A stretch of DNA of 36,552 nt from a virus. The stretch lies in UHGV virus genome UHGV-0029170, one strand, 5' to 3'. Shown piece by piece: positions 7,478 to 16,755 of this stretch (position 1 is its first letter; each line of letters begins with the position of its first letter). The notes below the pieces were generated by a model that did no database searches, had not been told where the DNA came from, and worked only from the letters and a program-made list of their open reading frames with translations. Position numbers and translations under genes: made by a program.

Positions 7478-10400
7478 TTAGCTGAAAGAGTTACTGTTCG
7501 TGCGGAACGCAGTTGCCGTGATGTTATCAATTGTAACGGTGTAATCGGTGACGGCATCTCGACCAGTGGCCTTCACAAAGAAGCTAACATTGTTGTTATC
7601 AGCAACCAAGTCAGCAGCGAATCGAAGTTCTACCGCAGTAGTTCCGGTGGAGATGTTACCAGCATCAATATAAATGCGGCGAACAGCCTGCTGGCCGCCA
7701 ATGTTGAAAGTTACATCAACGGTATAGCCCAAGTTTGACGCGCCAGTTCCATATGTCTCACCAATCAGCGTGCAGGAGAGAACTACAGTCATCCCATAAC
7801 CACGATTCTGGTAAGATCCATCGCGCTGCACAGTCTGGTTGCGTCGTAGCGTCATGCTGTCATAGCGTTTTGCCACTGCTATATCTCCGATAAACGCTTC
7901 TGCCTGCACTGTACCCTTAAATATACCGTCAGTCGCATAGATCGTGCCGCGAACAGTGGTGTTCTGGAATTCAGACCCACCATTCTTATTGATCATCCAT
8001 CCTTGATCCCCGGCGATGTAGTTGTTGGACTGAATGACGTTACCGATCTTCGCGTTGGTAATCGAACCGTCCTGAATAAGCGCGTTATTCATGAAAACCT
8101 GGTCATTCTGCACAACAAACGGTAGCGTATAATCACCGGATGCCGCATTGCGGATAATGGCAAATCTATCAGCAATGAAAAGCACTTGCGAAACAACGCT
8201 TCCACCACTTGCTGTAAGCTGCATGGCCATCCCGGAATTATATTCCTGTCCGTTGTACTTTAGTCCAAGTTTCATTGTATACATGGATCCAACTCCATTA
8301 ACGTCAGCCCATGAGTCTAGTTTCTGATCTAGCGCTGCGGAGTTCTCTCCAATCCTTGCTGAAAGCGCCTCTTCAGATGTAACGCGAGCCTCAGTTTCAT
8401 TGGCTAGTGCCTCATTAACTTGAGTTAATCCAGCATTGAGGTTTTCGTTGAACTCTGCCGAGATCTGGTTAACCTGCTGCACCCTGGCTTCCGTCTCATT
8501 TGCGATGAGAACTTCTGCATGTTTAATTTCAGCTTTCCTCTTTCCATTCTCCTTTTTCATTATTCTAACGTCAGCATCATTCGCCAGCGCATTTTGGATG
8601 ATACTGTTAGCGTATTCATTGAGTTTTGCCGCGCTATCCTGCGCACTATCCTGAAGTTCTTTCATCGCATCGCTGTCGAGTATCTCATCAAGGATTGTAT
8701 CCGTGATGGCGTTAACGTCAGTAGAAGACATACCGCGAGCGTAATCAGTCCATGGTGAAACGTTACCGATCCTGTCGACACTTCGCGCCTTGTACCAGTT
8801 CACATAGCCAGCGGGCAAAATTGAGTGCCAGTATTCAGCCGCCGGGTAAGGAATCAGTGTAAGCAGGCTTGCATCCTGATCGGTTCCGCTTTGCGACTGG
8901 TAAAGCTCAATGTATGCCGTGTCTTCCGCACCTTCAGGCATGGCCCACTTAACGCGAATGCCAAAGATCTCATCGTCCGACGCAAAAAGGTTAATCGGGC
9001 CTTTTGGCGCTCCGACTTTCCCGGTCAGTGTGGCGGTTGCCAACGCAGACCACGGAGACGCTACATTCCCTCCGCTAATGCACCTTACGCGCGCCTGGTA
9101 TTCACCAGCATAAATCCCTTCAATGTCAACCTGCGTTGTCGCTGTGCGCGGCACGTTGTTCCAGTTGCCGCCATCCTTACGCCATTGCACCTCGTAAAGT
9201 TTAGCGTACTGCACGGCAGACCATCCGATTACCATCGTCTCGACGCTCATCCCCTGCACAATTCGCGAGAATGAACTAATCGACACGTTTTCCGGCGCTC
9301 CCATTGAATCCGGGTCAACAACCGAAGTTGGGCGGTCGTCAGTGATTACGCCGTTGTCGATCGCGTCGTACTTGTTCGGGTTGTATTGGGTGGCTGTGAT
9401 GGCGAAAGTAAATTCGTCGTCATCGCTCCCCTTCTCAATCCTGGTAACAACGTACTGTTCAGCCGCCAGTTGGTCACTTTCGATCAGGAATACGCTGTCC
9501 GGCGCAACATCGAAGTTATATCCCACGTTTAGCGTCAGGGTTTTGCCGTCTGCTGATACGTTGGCGATGGTTCGGCGCACTGGCTTGCCGTCGTCAGTGT
9601 TCAGAATCAGCGTATCGCCCGCCTTCGCGTCGCAGCGGAAAGCTAGGAAAACCTGCGTTCCCGTTACTTCCATAATGCGACCTGACAAAACCAGGTTAAA
9701 GGCAGATTGCCAATGCGGATCTGCAACGTAAATTACATCGCCGCATGACGGGATCATGCCCTCAAGACCAGTAGAAAACGAAACGGTGGTTGCGCTTAGG
9801 TTCGTTTGCAGAATCCAGCGCCCGCGGCGGTTCGCTTCTGTCCGTCTGGTGCAACCGATCGCCGTGATGCTTGTCGGGTTATGCCCGAACCGCATTGCAG
9901 CGTCAGGGTTAAATACTGGTTCAACGTCCTGCTCGTACTGGTTTTCTTCGTCGTCGAACATCACGTTGCACGATGTGTACATCGTTTTTTCGCTCGGAAA
10001 AGTTCGCACGAATACGCCGTCAACGACGTTATCAGCAGTGAACAGGTAAACCGGATCGCGTGGCTTGTCGACGATAATCGAAAGGCTTTCCCCGTTGTAG
10101 AACGTCATTCCACGGAAGGCGGAACAAACATCCCTTACCAACTGGAACGCCTCTACCTGCGACTGCACGATCATATCCATCAGGTAACGCGGTTCCATCC
10201 CGCCTCGATTGTCCGGCACAAGCTCATCACAATATTGCGCCACCTCATAGAGCGACCACTTGTCGACCGGGATCCCTAACTCGCGCTGGTCTAACCCATA
10301 ACGCTGATTCATGATCAGATCGTAAAGAACCCAAGCCGGGTTGTTGCTCCACGCCCATTTGAAAGTTCCGTCCCACGTCCCGGCGTATGTCCTGTTAACA

Positions 10401-11179
10401 GGGTCGTAGTTGCGCGGAACCTGGACAATCTTCCACTTCTTCTTGAGCGAGATTGTCGGAATCTGGTTCTGGAACAGATCGCTATCAAACTCGACGTAAA
10501 GCATTGCCGTCAACGGGTAGCGGAATTTTGCATCAATCACCTCAGCGTAGGACTGAACCTGGAAGGCATCGACTACCTTCACCCCGTCAGCGTCCGGCGT
10601 AATTCGGCTTACGCGGATAAGCACCTGCGACGTGAAGTCTTGCGGTAGGTTGACGCGGATGCTGCGATCGTAACCGCCAGTCGTATTCTTCCCGTCGATT
10701 TTGTCGGTCAGGTAGGTTTGATAGCTCGCACCGTCAACCGCCATTTCGATCTTGTACTCAACGACCGAACCGACCATATCGCCATTATCTTTTTGCGTCA
10801 GCACGCGGGGCCATAACAGGCGGAAGCGGATAGCAGAAAGATTCTTGTTCGATACCGTCAGCGTGTACGGCGTGTTAAAGGTAACGTCGCGTGCAACCTG
10901 GAATTCAGCGCTTGATTCACTGAAGCCCTGGATGTAACTCTGCGTTTGCGTGCCGGGGCGAAATTCTGCAATAACGCCCTCATAGTTATAACTCCCGTCT
11001 TCGTTCTGAACCGGAACGCCTCCGAAATGCAACTGCTTCAGGCTGAAGTCATCCACTACTTCACCGTCAGAAACGGCCAGCAATAACTTAATCTTGTCTT
11101 TCGAGATCAGGTTATCAGGCATTTCTGCCGGGGTTCGCGTCTTGCTGGAACCGCCCTTGCGGGCCTTGATATTAGTCAT
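7478..11179 (-). CDS. Central tail fibre / host specificity protein (lambda J-like)
   Basis: 1233-aa ORF, RBS GGAGG before ATG 11179; N-terminus MTNIKARKGGSSKTRTP... and ...VLFIADRFAIIRNA... resemble lambda J; sits after I/K/L/M homologues in lambda order. Confidence 0.85.
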   Translation of the reverse strand: MTNIKARKGGSSKTRTPAEMPDNLISKDKIKLLLAVSDGEVVDDFSLKQLHFGGVPVQNEDGSYNYEGVIAEFRPGTQTQSYIQGFSESSAEFQVARDVTFNTPYTLTVSNKNLSAIRFRLLWPRVLTQKDNGDMVGSVVEYKIEMAVDGASYQTYLTDKIDGKNTTGGYDRSIRVNLPQDFTSQVLIRVSRITPDADGVKVVDAFQVQSYAEVIDAKFRYPLTAMLYVEFDSDLFQNQIPTISLKKKWKIVQVPRNYDPVNRTYAGTWDGTFKWAWSNNPAWVLYDLIMNQRYGLDQRELGIPVDKWSLYEVAQYCDELVPDNRGGMEPRYLMDMIVQSQVEAFQLVRDVCSAFRGMTFYNGESLSIIVDKPRDPVYLFTADNVVDGVFVRTFPSEKTMYTSCNVMFDDEENQYEQDVEPVFNPDAAMRFGHNPTSITAIGCTRRTEANRRGRWILQTNLSATTVSFSTGLEGMIPSCGDVIYVADPHWQSAFNLVLSGRIMEVTGTQVFLAFRCDAKAGDTLILNTDDGKPVRRTIANVSADGKTLTLNVGYNFDVAPDSVFLIESDQLAAEQYVVTRIEKGSDDDEFTFAITATQYNPNKYDAIDNGVITDDRPTSVVDPDSMGAPENVSISSFSRIVQGMSVETMVIGWSAVQYAKLYEVQWRKDGGNWNNVPRTATTQVDIEGIYAGEYQARVRCISGGNVASPWSALATATLTGKVGAPKGPINLFASDDEIFGIRVKWAMPEGAEDTAYIELYQSQSGTDQDASLLTLIPYPAAEYWHSILPAGYVNWYKARSVDRIGNVSPWTDYARGMSSTDVNAITDTILDEILDSDAMKELQDSAQDSAAKLNEYANSIIQNALANDADVRIMKKENGKRKAEIKHAEVLIANETEARVQQVNQISAEFNENLNAGLTQVNEALANETEARVTSEEALSARIGENSAALDQKLDSWADVNGVGSMYTMKLGLKYNGQEYNSGMAMQLTASGGSVVSQVLFIADRFAIIRNAASGDYTLPFVVQNDQVFMNNALIQDGSITNAKIGNVIQSNNYIAGDQGWMINKNGGSEFQNTTVRGTIYATDGIFKGTVQAEAFIGDIAVAKRYDSMTLRRNQTVQRDGSYQNRGYGMTVVLSCTLIGETYGTGASNLGYTVDVTFNIGGQQAVRRIYIDAGNISTGTTAVELRFAADLVADNNNVSFFVKATGRDAVTDYTVTIDNITATAFRTNSNSFS

Positions 11180-11266
11180 CGTTTAGCCTCCTGTTAATAG
11201 TTTTGCAATTGTACACGACAAAAAGCCCGGAGGCTATGCCCCCAGGCCAAAAAGCGAATCGCTTAA

Positions 11267-11869
11267 TTAGTTGTTGTCTTCGGCGTAAGATCCTGAACCG
11301 AACAGCGCACCGCCAGCCAATCTGTAACCGTATGGCAACTGGATTGGATAACCCGCTGCCGTGGTGTTAATCGGCCCGCCGAAAGCATACGATGGTTTGT
11401 TTTCCGGCGACTCGCTCGCTCGCATGTTGCCGCCCATCTGCGGTGCAATCATCTGCATTACGCCACCCAAGACCATTGCGCCACCAGCCATAAACGCCGC
11501 CGATGAAAACGCCCCCATTGCCGCCAGTGATGCACCGCCAGTGAAGAAGGCTGCAACCATAATCGCAGCTCCGATAACGATCTGCAACAATCCGCCGTTC
11601 TTTCTGGCCTTCGGGATGGGGATGATTCGGACTTCCTTCGCTACGGCGAACGTTGCAAAGTCATTCGTGCTGATTGGTTTTCCGTCCGCGACGATACCAA
11701 AGCGCATGTTAGAACCAACCTTGCTCTGCATGAAGGCTTTAAACCCTTCCACCTGGTAGGATAGCGCCCGAATGCATTCGCCGACTGAATCGACTGCGAG
11801 GTTATGGAAGACACCGAACCGACGCCCAAGGGAGCCGGAAAGTTTAATCATCTTTGTATGTGATGCCAT
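11267..11869 (-). CDS. Tail assembly protein (lambda I-like)
   Basis: 200-aa ORF between K-like and J-like genes; Gly/Ala-rich hydrophobic C-terminal half as in gpI; start may be internal (overlaps K-like gene by 26 nt). Confidence 0.65.
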   Translation of the reverse strand: MASHTKMIKLSGSLGRRFGVFHNLAVDSVGECIRALSYQVEGFKAFMQSKVGSNMRFGIVADGKPISTNDFATFAVAKEVRIIPIPKARKNGGLLQIVIGAAIMVAAFFTGGASLAAMGAFSSAAFMAGGAMVLGGVMQMIAPQMGGNMRASESPENKPSYAFGGPINTTAAGYPIQLPYGYRLAGGALFGSGSYAEDNN

Positions 11870-12581
11870 GTTTAAGATCCTTATGTCTGCAAATTAAAAC
11901 CTTGTGCTGCTCATACCACCCGGAATAGATATCCCGACGCGATAGCTTTCCGAAGGCGTGGTGAAGTATATTATTGTTTCCAACGTAAATCCCAGCGTGG
12001 TTCCACTTTTCCGCCTGAAGCTGGAAGATAATCATATCGCCTACTTCTGGATCGCCAGTGTTTTCGATGAATCCATCTTCGCGCCAGTAGTCGCGGTAAA
12101 GATCCTCTTTGTATTCCGGCTTCCACCATTCGAACGGCAGACGGCGGTCAGTCAGCGTGACGCCGTGGCGCTTGTGAAAATCCATCACCAGGCCGTAGCA
12201 ATCATACGCGCCCAAAGCCCAGGGGCGACCAATCAGCGGCCTGCGCTTCGGTTCGATAATCCGCATATCACCTTCTGGAATCGACACGATAACCCACGAC
12301 AAGCCAGATTCATCACAGAAGCATAAATCTGTGGCGCTCGGAACGGTGGTTGCCCCGTCGCCAGTGTGGGAGTGAACGAAGGCGATCGGCTCGCCTTCCA
12401 GTGACGCCAGCGCGTACTGTGTTTCGTCCGGCATTGATTCGTTCTCAGGATCTGGCGAAACGTTATCGAGTCGGTGATATTTCTGCACGCGTGATTTCTG
12501 CGTTACCAGCCCTGCGCACTCATGCGGGTAAACTTCCTTCGCATGCTGCATGATCTGCATTTTGATTTTTGGAGTTAACAT
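11844..12581 (-). CDS. Tail assembly protein (lambda K-like; JAB/MPN + NlpC/P60 domains)
   Basis: HECAGLV...FVHSHTGDGATTVPSATD (MPN-like HxH) and C-terminal Cys/His (CYGLV...NHAGIY) consistent with gpK. Confidence 0.75.
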   Translation of the reverse strand: MLTPKIKMQIMQHAKEVYPHECAGLVTQKSRVQKYHRLDNVSPDPENESMPDETQYALASLEGEPIAFVHSHTGDGATTVPSATDLCFCDESGLSWVIVSIPEGDMRIIEPKRRPLIGRPWALGAYDCYGLVMDFHKRHGVTLTDRRLPFEWWKPEYKEDLYRDYWREDGFIENTGDPEVGDMIIFQLQAEKWNHAGIYVGNNNILHHAFGKLSRRDIYSGWYEQHKVLICRHKDLKHGITYKDD

Positions 12582-12582
12582 A

Positions 12583-13335
12583 TTACCGTCCGCTTTTCAA
12601 GGTTGCAGTAGCGCAACCGCCAAAATCCAAAGCCTCATTTCCGAATCGCAATCTGCACGACGAAACAAGGCCACCGCAAACATCCTGGCTGGGATCATCA
12701 ACCCTATTCCCGTATTTGTCAAAGTATCCGTTTTGCCCGTTGTAACTGCATCCCTTCCCTGTTTTGTACCAGCCGCGTTGCGCCCAATAACAAACGGTTT
12801 GAGTCTGGCGGGCAGGAATCATCAAGCCATCCATATCGAAGACGGATGTTAGCTCAAACGTGGCCTTCTGCGGGTCAACCTGTTTAGGTCTTTCGATATA
12901 GTAAACGAACCGCCGAAAATCGCCATCAGCGACGCTACCATCTTCTTTCAGCAAATCCTTGACCAAAACCCATACCGTAACTTTCGCTTGCATGAGGCCG
13001 TTGTAGGCGCGAATAAGAGCACTCGCTTGCGCATCAATATTGCTAACCGTCAGCGTTGGCTTTTCTACCGTGCCGTCACTTGACATTGCGATACCACCAA
13101 TCCCGAACGGGCGCGGGCCGTATTGCTCGCCGCGAAACGTGATCGCCTTCGGTGTCAGCGTTCCACCGTTAACCGCTGCCAAAAGTTCTTCGGTTGAGTA
13201 GGCGATATTCTCGTTGTGGAATCGGTAGACCTGCCCGCCGAACTTCGTGGAGTCAATATCAATCAGCGTTAAGATCTCGCCGGGGAACAGCTTTTGAAGG
13301 CAGTTCGCAAACTCTTTTGAAACATTAGTTGTCAT
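12583..13335 (-). CDS. Minor tail protein (lambda L-like)
   Basis: 250-aa ORF with RBS GAGGAGG; C-terminal Cys cluster (CYWAQRGW...CSYNG...CGGLVSSCRLRFG) as in gpL family. Confidence 0.75.
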   Translation of the reverse strand: MTTNVSKEFANCLQKLFPGEILTLIDIDSTKFGGQVYRFHNENIAYSTEELLAAVNGGTLTPKAITFRGEQYGPRPFGIGGIAMSSDGTVEKPTLTVSNIDAQASALIRAYNGLMQAKVTVWVLVKDLLKEDGSVADGDFRRFVYYIERPKQVDPQKATFELTSVFDMDGLMIPARQTQTVCYWAQRGWYKTGKGCSYNGQNGYFDKYGNRVDDPSQDVCGGLVSSCRLRFGNEALDFGGCATATLKSGR

Positions 13336-13372
13336 CGTAATTCCTCCTCTTGTCGACTCCAGATCATATGTT

Positions 13373-13400
13373 AAAAAAAAGCGCCCGTAAAGGGCGCTTT
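13373..13400 (-). terminator. Terminator-like hairpin + U8 between M-like and L-like genes (minus strand)
   Basis: Minus strand: AAAGCGCCC-TTTAC-GGGCGCTTT followed by T8; lies in the 71-nt gap inside the tail operon. Confidence 0.5.
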
Positions 13401-13406
13401 GTGCTA

Positions 13407-13748
13407 TCAGGCAGAAGTGAACCGTTCGGCAAACTCCGCCGTTACCTCATACACCCCGCCACCCATCGGCGCGAGATTCACAGAGTCTGCCGTTACGACG
13501 AATACGCCCATTCTTCCATCTGGCGCCCTCCAGATAAAGGGCTTCGTCACGTGATTCTGGCAAAAATCATAAACCGCCTCCCAATCCCTCCCACCATAAA
13601 CGATCGGAACCGTCCGTCGCTTTGTGTTGATGCCACTCGATGCAGTCTGGATGTATCCGTTACCGAAACTAACCGCTCGCACGTTGTTGGATACGGCGAC
13701 TTTCGCCGCCCCTCCTTGAATTTGAGTACACCAGGAAAAAGAATCCAC
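13407..13748 (-). CDS. Minor tail protein (lambda M-like)
   Basis: 113-aa ORF directly downstream of tape measure gene (4-nt overlap), size and position as gpM. Confidence 0.7.
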   Translation of the reverse strand: MDSFSWCTQIQGGAAKVAVSNNVRAVSFGNGYIQTASSGINTKRRTVPIVYGGRDWEAVYDFCQNHVTKPFIWRAPDGRMGVFVVTADSVNLAPMGGGVYEVTAEFAERFTSA

Positions 13749-13750
13749 TG

Positions 13751-16729
13751 TTAACCCCTCGTTTTCTCGTTTACGTATTTCGCAATGCGTCCGTTTTGGC
13801 TTAGTGCCTCCGTGAACATATCATTAACGATCTGCCTTACGCCCTGCTCTAAGCCCTTGCTATCCTGACCGGAACCCATCGTGATGTTCACGTCACCCAT
13901 GCTAAACACCATTGCTGCCGATGCCGCAACATTCCCGCCATTCGTCACACCAGATCCTGACGAACCGTTAGAGCCTACCAGACCGCCGGAAGCATATCCA
14001 CGCATCAGCCTGTATAAATTTTCCGGCCCTAATCGGCTGGTCGCCTCTTTGGTAAAGACGAATTCGCCGCCATGCACAACGCCTTTAGGTTCGTACTTGC
14101 CACCGTTGCCAGTATAGCCGCCGTTGGCGAACCCTTTGCTGAACATGCTGGCGAAGCTGAACGTACCGCCGCCGCCGAACGCAGCAGACATTGCATTGAA
14201 CAGCGCCATTTTGATTAGCATGCTGGTAATGTCACTAATCACGCTTCTGGCGAAGTCGCTGAAGCTGGCCTTACCCGTCATGACAAAATCAGTTAGCACG
14301 CTCGCCATCCCGTTAAATGCGTTTTTGGTGATGCTCCCGATATTGGAGTACACGTCATTAACTTCGTTTCCAATGTCAGCCCAGGCATGCGTGAATCCCG
14401 CTTTCCAGTCAAGCATCTGCGCATCCTGCTGCGCGTAAAACTGTTCGCTTGCTGCCTGCATCTGCTTAAATTGGGCGTCGTCAAGCGATCCTCCATTATT
14501 CTTCCAGTCCGCCGCCATCTGCGCGTTTGCCCTGTAGCGCTCCTGCTGCTTACTCCCCATCCCGGCGGTATCCTGAAGCGCTTTTGTTTTCTCAGCCATC
14601 TGGTTCTGATACTTCACCGACTTGTCAAGCAAGGCGTTCAGGCGCTGCTGCCTGACAATCTGATCGCCCACGATCGCTTTCTGTTCCGCCATAGCGATGA
14701 TACTTTGCTTATTGGCTAACATCTGCTTTTCGCTCTGCGTCAGCTTACGCTTGGCGCTCGCTTCTTCCAGCACCTGGAATTTTGCGACAGTGGTAAAGTA
14801 GTCTTTACGCTGCTGGCTGATTTTGTCGTCAAGCCCTTTGTGCTGCTGCAATACTTTCAACTGCGCCTGTAATGACAGCAATTCGGACTGATACTGTTCA
14901 TCGATCTTAACCCCGGCGTCTACCTGCTCCTTCCTGGCGTTTCGGTTCTTCAGGATATCCTTTTCTTCCTGATTTACCTTATCCTTTGTTGCACTGCTGT
15001 AGCCGCCGGACACGTTTTTGTTTTTGGCCGCGTCAATGTAACCCATTTCGCCTTTCGCGATCCTTGCCTGCTGCTCCGCAATGGTCTTCGCCAGTTCCGC
15101 TGATTTGGCTTTGGAATCCTTGATTAGCTGTTCTTGCTGTGCAAGAAAATCATTCCCAAAGTCACCCATGCCAGGCACTTTCTGCAACTGCCGACCAGCA
15201 TCAACGATGAATTGTGCGATCATGGCGTCGCCATCCGCAATCAGTTTCCTGATAACGTTGATGATAGATGAAACCGTATCAACAATAAGGTTTAGCGCGC
15301 CGACGGTGTGATCACCTACCCACTTCCAGGAGTCTGCGGCCCACTTTTTAATGTCAGTCCACATCGTTTCAAGCGGCGTTGCGCTGTCTGCGATATCCTT
15401 CAGGCGTTTATCCATCGTGTCAGCAAAGATTTTCGTTGCCGCTTCCGCTGCTGCCGTCTCACCTTTGGTTTTTCGCAAAGATTCGATGTAGGTTAACTGC
15501 CCTTCCTTTAGGAAATTAAACTGATCATTCAGTTCGGCAAGCCCCTTAACCGGATCCTTTGCTATAGAGTCAAAGTAACCAGTAATGGTCTTTTCGCTCT
15601 CACCGGTCTGCGCCGCCCATTCCGCCGTAGTCTTCGTGATCGCCTTAATCTGGTTGATGCTGTATTTTCCAGATTGAGCCAGTGACGTTGCGATCGCCTG
15701 AATGCTTACGACAGTAGCCGATGATGTTTTGTTGATTTCATCGGTTAGGGAGGTGATTTGCCCGGTAGTTGTTGCAGCATAGCCACCAGTCAGCACCAAT
15801 GCATTCGCTAGATCTCGCTGTGACTTCCAGGAGTCGTACCCAGCTTTGGCGATAGCCGCAAGAGCAACACCCAAAGCAACCGCGCCAACTGTTAGCGGAT
15901 TAATGTAGCTCAACAAAACTTTGAACGTGTTCCCGATACCGCCGAAGCTATCCTTGATTTGCCCGCCTTGCTGAATAGCCACTAACCATACTGGCATCCC
16001 GGAAGCAAGAGACGTTACTACGTCAGTGATCTGCGCCGGAAGTTGGCGCATCGCCATTTTATATTGACCTGCTGAAATTCCAGCAAGCCCCATAGCATTC
16101 TGCTGTTTCTTTAACGCCTGCTCTTGCTGCTTCATGGCGTTAATGAACGGTGCCGATTCAGTTGAAACGCCTAATTGTGCCGCCTTCATTTCCAGCAGTT
16201 CGGCGCGAGTCTTGCCGATCGAGTCTGCTTGCTGTTTCAGGCTGGCGACAAAATCACGCCCGGCGTTGGTCGCCTTCTGCTTCGCCTCAGCCTCAGCGAT
16301 TGCCGCGCGGCCTTCTTCGGTTAGTGCCAACTGCTGCTGTCTCAGCTTGTTGGTGGTCGACTCAATGACAGCACCCAGGCGGAAGAATTCCTTATCTGGC
16401 ACAAGGCCCAATTGCCAGGCCTTATCCAGTTCTTCCGAAGCCTTGCGCAAGTTAGCCATTTTTGCGATCGTGGGATCGATAGCGCCCGCGATGTTGTTGA
16501 AATTGGTCTTGGCCTTTTCCGTGGTTTTCTTTTGGTTCTGCAACGCGCGGTTCATTTCCTCAGTCTGCGCCGTCGCGCGCTTCTCAGCGTCCGCCAGCGA
16601 CTGAAGACCCGCCCCGGTTTGTTGGCTTTGGTTCTTTAGTTCGGCAAGTGATCGCACCGCTCTGTCAACCTGCGACACGTCAACGCCGAACGTCAAGCCA
16701 GCTACTTTATCAGCCATGTTAGCCCCCAT
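13751..16729 (-). CDS. Tail tape measure protein
   Basis: 992-aa ORF, largely coiled-coil (Ala/Gln/Lys-rich heptads) with Gly-rich C-terminal part, located between chaperone G/GT and M; start probably at internal MADKV (16717). Confidence 0.85.
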   Translation of the reverse strand: MGANMADKVAGLTFGVDVSQVDRAVRSLAELKNQSQQTGAGLQSLADAEKRATAQTEEMNRALQNQKKTTEKAKTNFNNIAGAIDPTIAKMANLRKASEELDKAWQLGLVPDKEFFRLGAVIESTTNKLRQQQLALTEEGRAAIAEAEAKQKATNAGRDFVASLKQQADSIGKTRAELLEMKAAQLGVSTESAPFINAMKQQEQALKKQQNAMGLAGISAGQYKMAMRQLPAQITDVVTSLASGMPVWLVAIQQGGQIKDSFGGIGNTFKVLLSYINPLTVGAVALGVALAAIAKAGYDSWKSQRDLANALVLTGGYAATTTGQITSLTDEINKTSSATVVSIQAIATSLAQSGKYSINQIKAITKTTAEWAAQTGESEKTITGYFDSIAKDPVKGLAELNDQFNFLKEGQLTYIESLRKTKGETAAAEAATKIFADTMDKRLKDIADSATPLETMWTDIKKWAADSWKWVGDHTVGALNLIVDTVSSIINVIRKLIADGDAMIAQFIVDAGRQLQKVPGMGDFGNDFLAQQEQLIKDSKAKSAELAKTIAEQQARIAKGEMGYIDAAKNKNVSGGYSSATKDKVNQEEKDILKNRNARKEQVDAGVKIDEQYQSELLSLQAQLKVLQQHKGLDDKISQQRKDYFTTVAKFQVLEEASAKRKLTQSEKQMLANKQSIIAMAEQKAIVGDQIVRQQRLNALLDKSVKYQNQMAEKTKALQDTAGMGSKQQERYRANAQMAADWKNNGGSLDDAQFKQMQAASEQFYAQQDAQMLDWKAGFTHAWADIGNEVNDVYSNIGSITKNAFNGMASVLTDFVMTGKASFSDFARSVISDITSMLIKMALFNAMSAAFGGGGTFSFASMFSKGFANGGYTGNGGKYEPKGVVHGGEFVFTKEATSRLGPENLYRLMRGYASGGLVGSNGSSGSGVTNGGNVAASAAMVFSMGDVNITMGSGQDSKGLEQGVRQIVNDMFTEALSQNGRIAKYVNEKTRG

Positions 16730-16731
16730 AT

Positions 16732-16755
16732 GAAAAAAGCGCCAGTAGGCGCTTA
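16732..16755 (-). terminator. Terminator-like hairpin + U-tract between GT and tape measure genes (minus strand)
   Basis: Minus strand: AGCGCC-TACT-GGCGCT overlapping the GT stop, followed by TTTTTTCATATG. Confidence 0.4.

Noticed and set aside
7475-11179. Plus-strand ORFs inside the J-like gene (7475-7738, 8436-8654, 8519-8758, 8825-9274, 9342-9731, 9756-10279, 10752-10937)
   Set aside because: Completely embedded antisense in a 1233-aa gene with clear J-like sequence; compositionally biased shadow ORFs.
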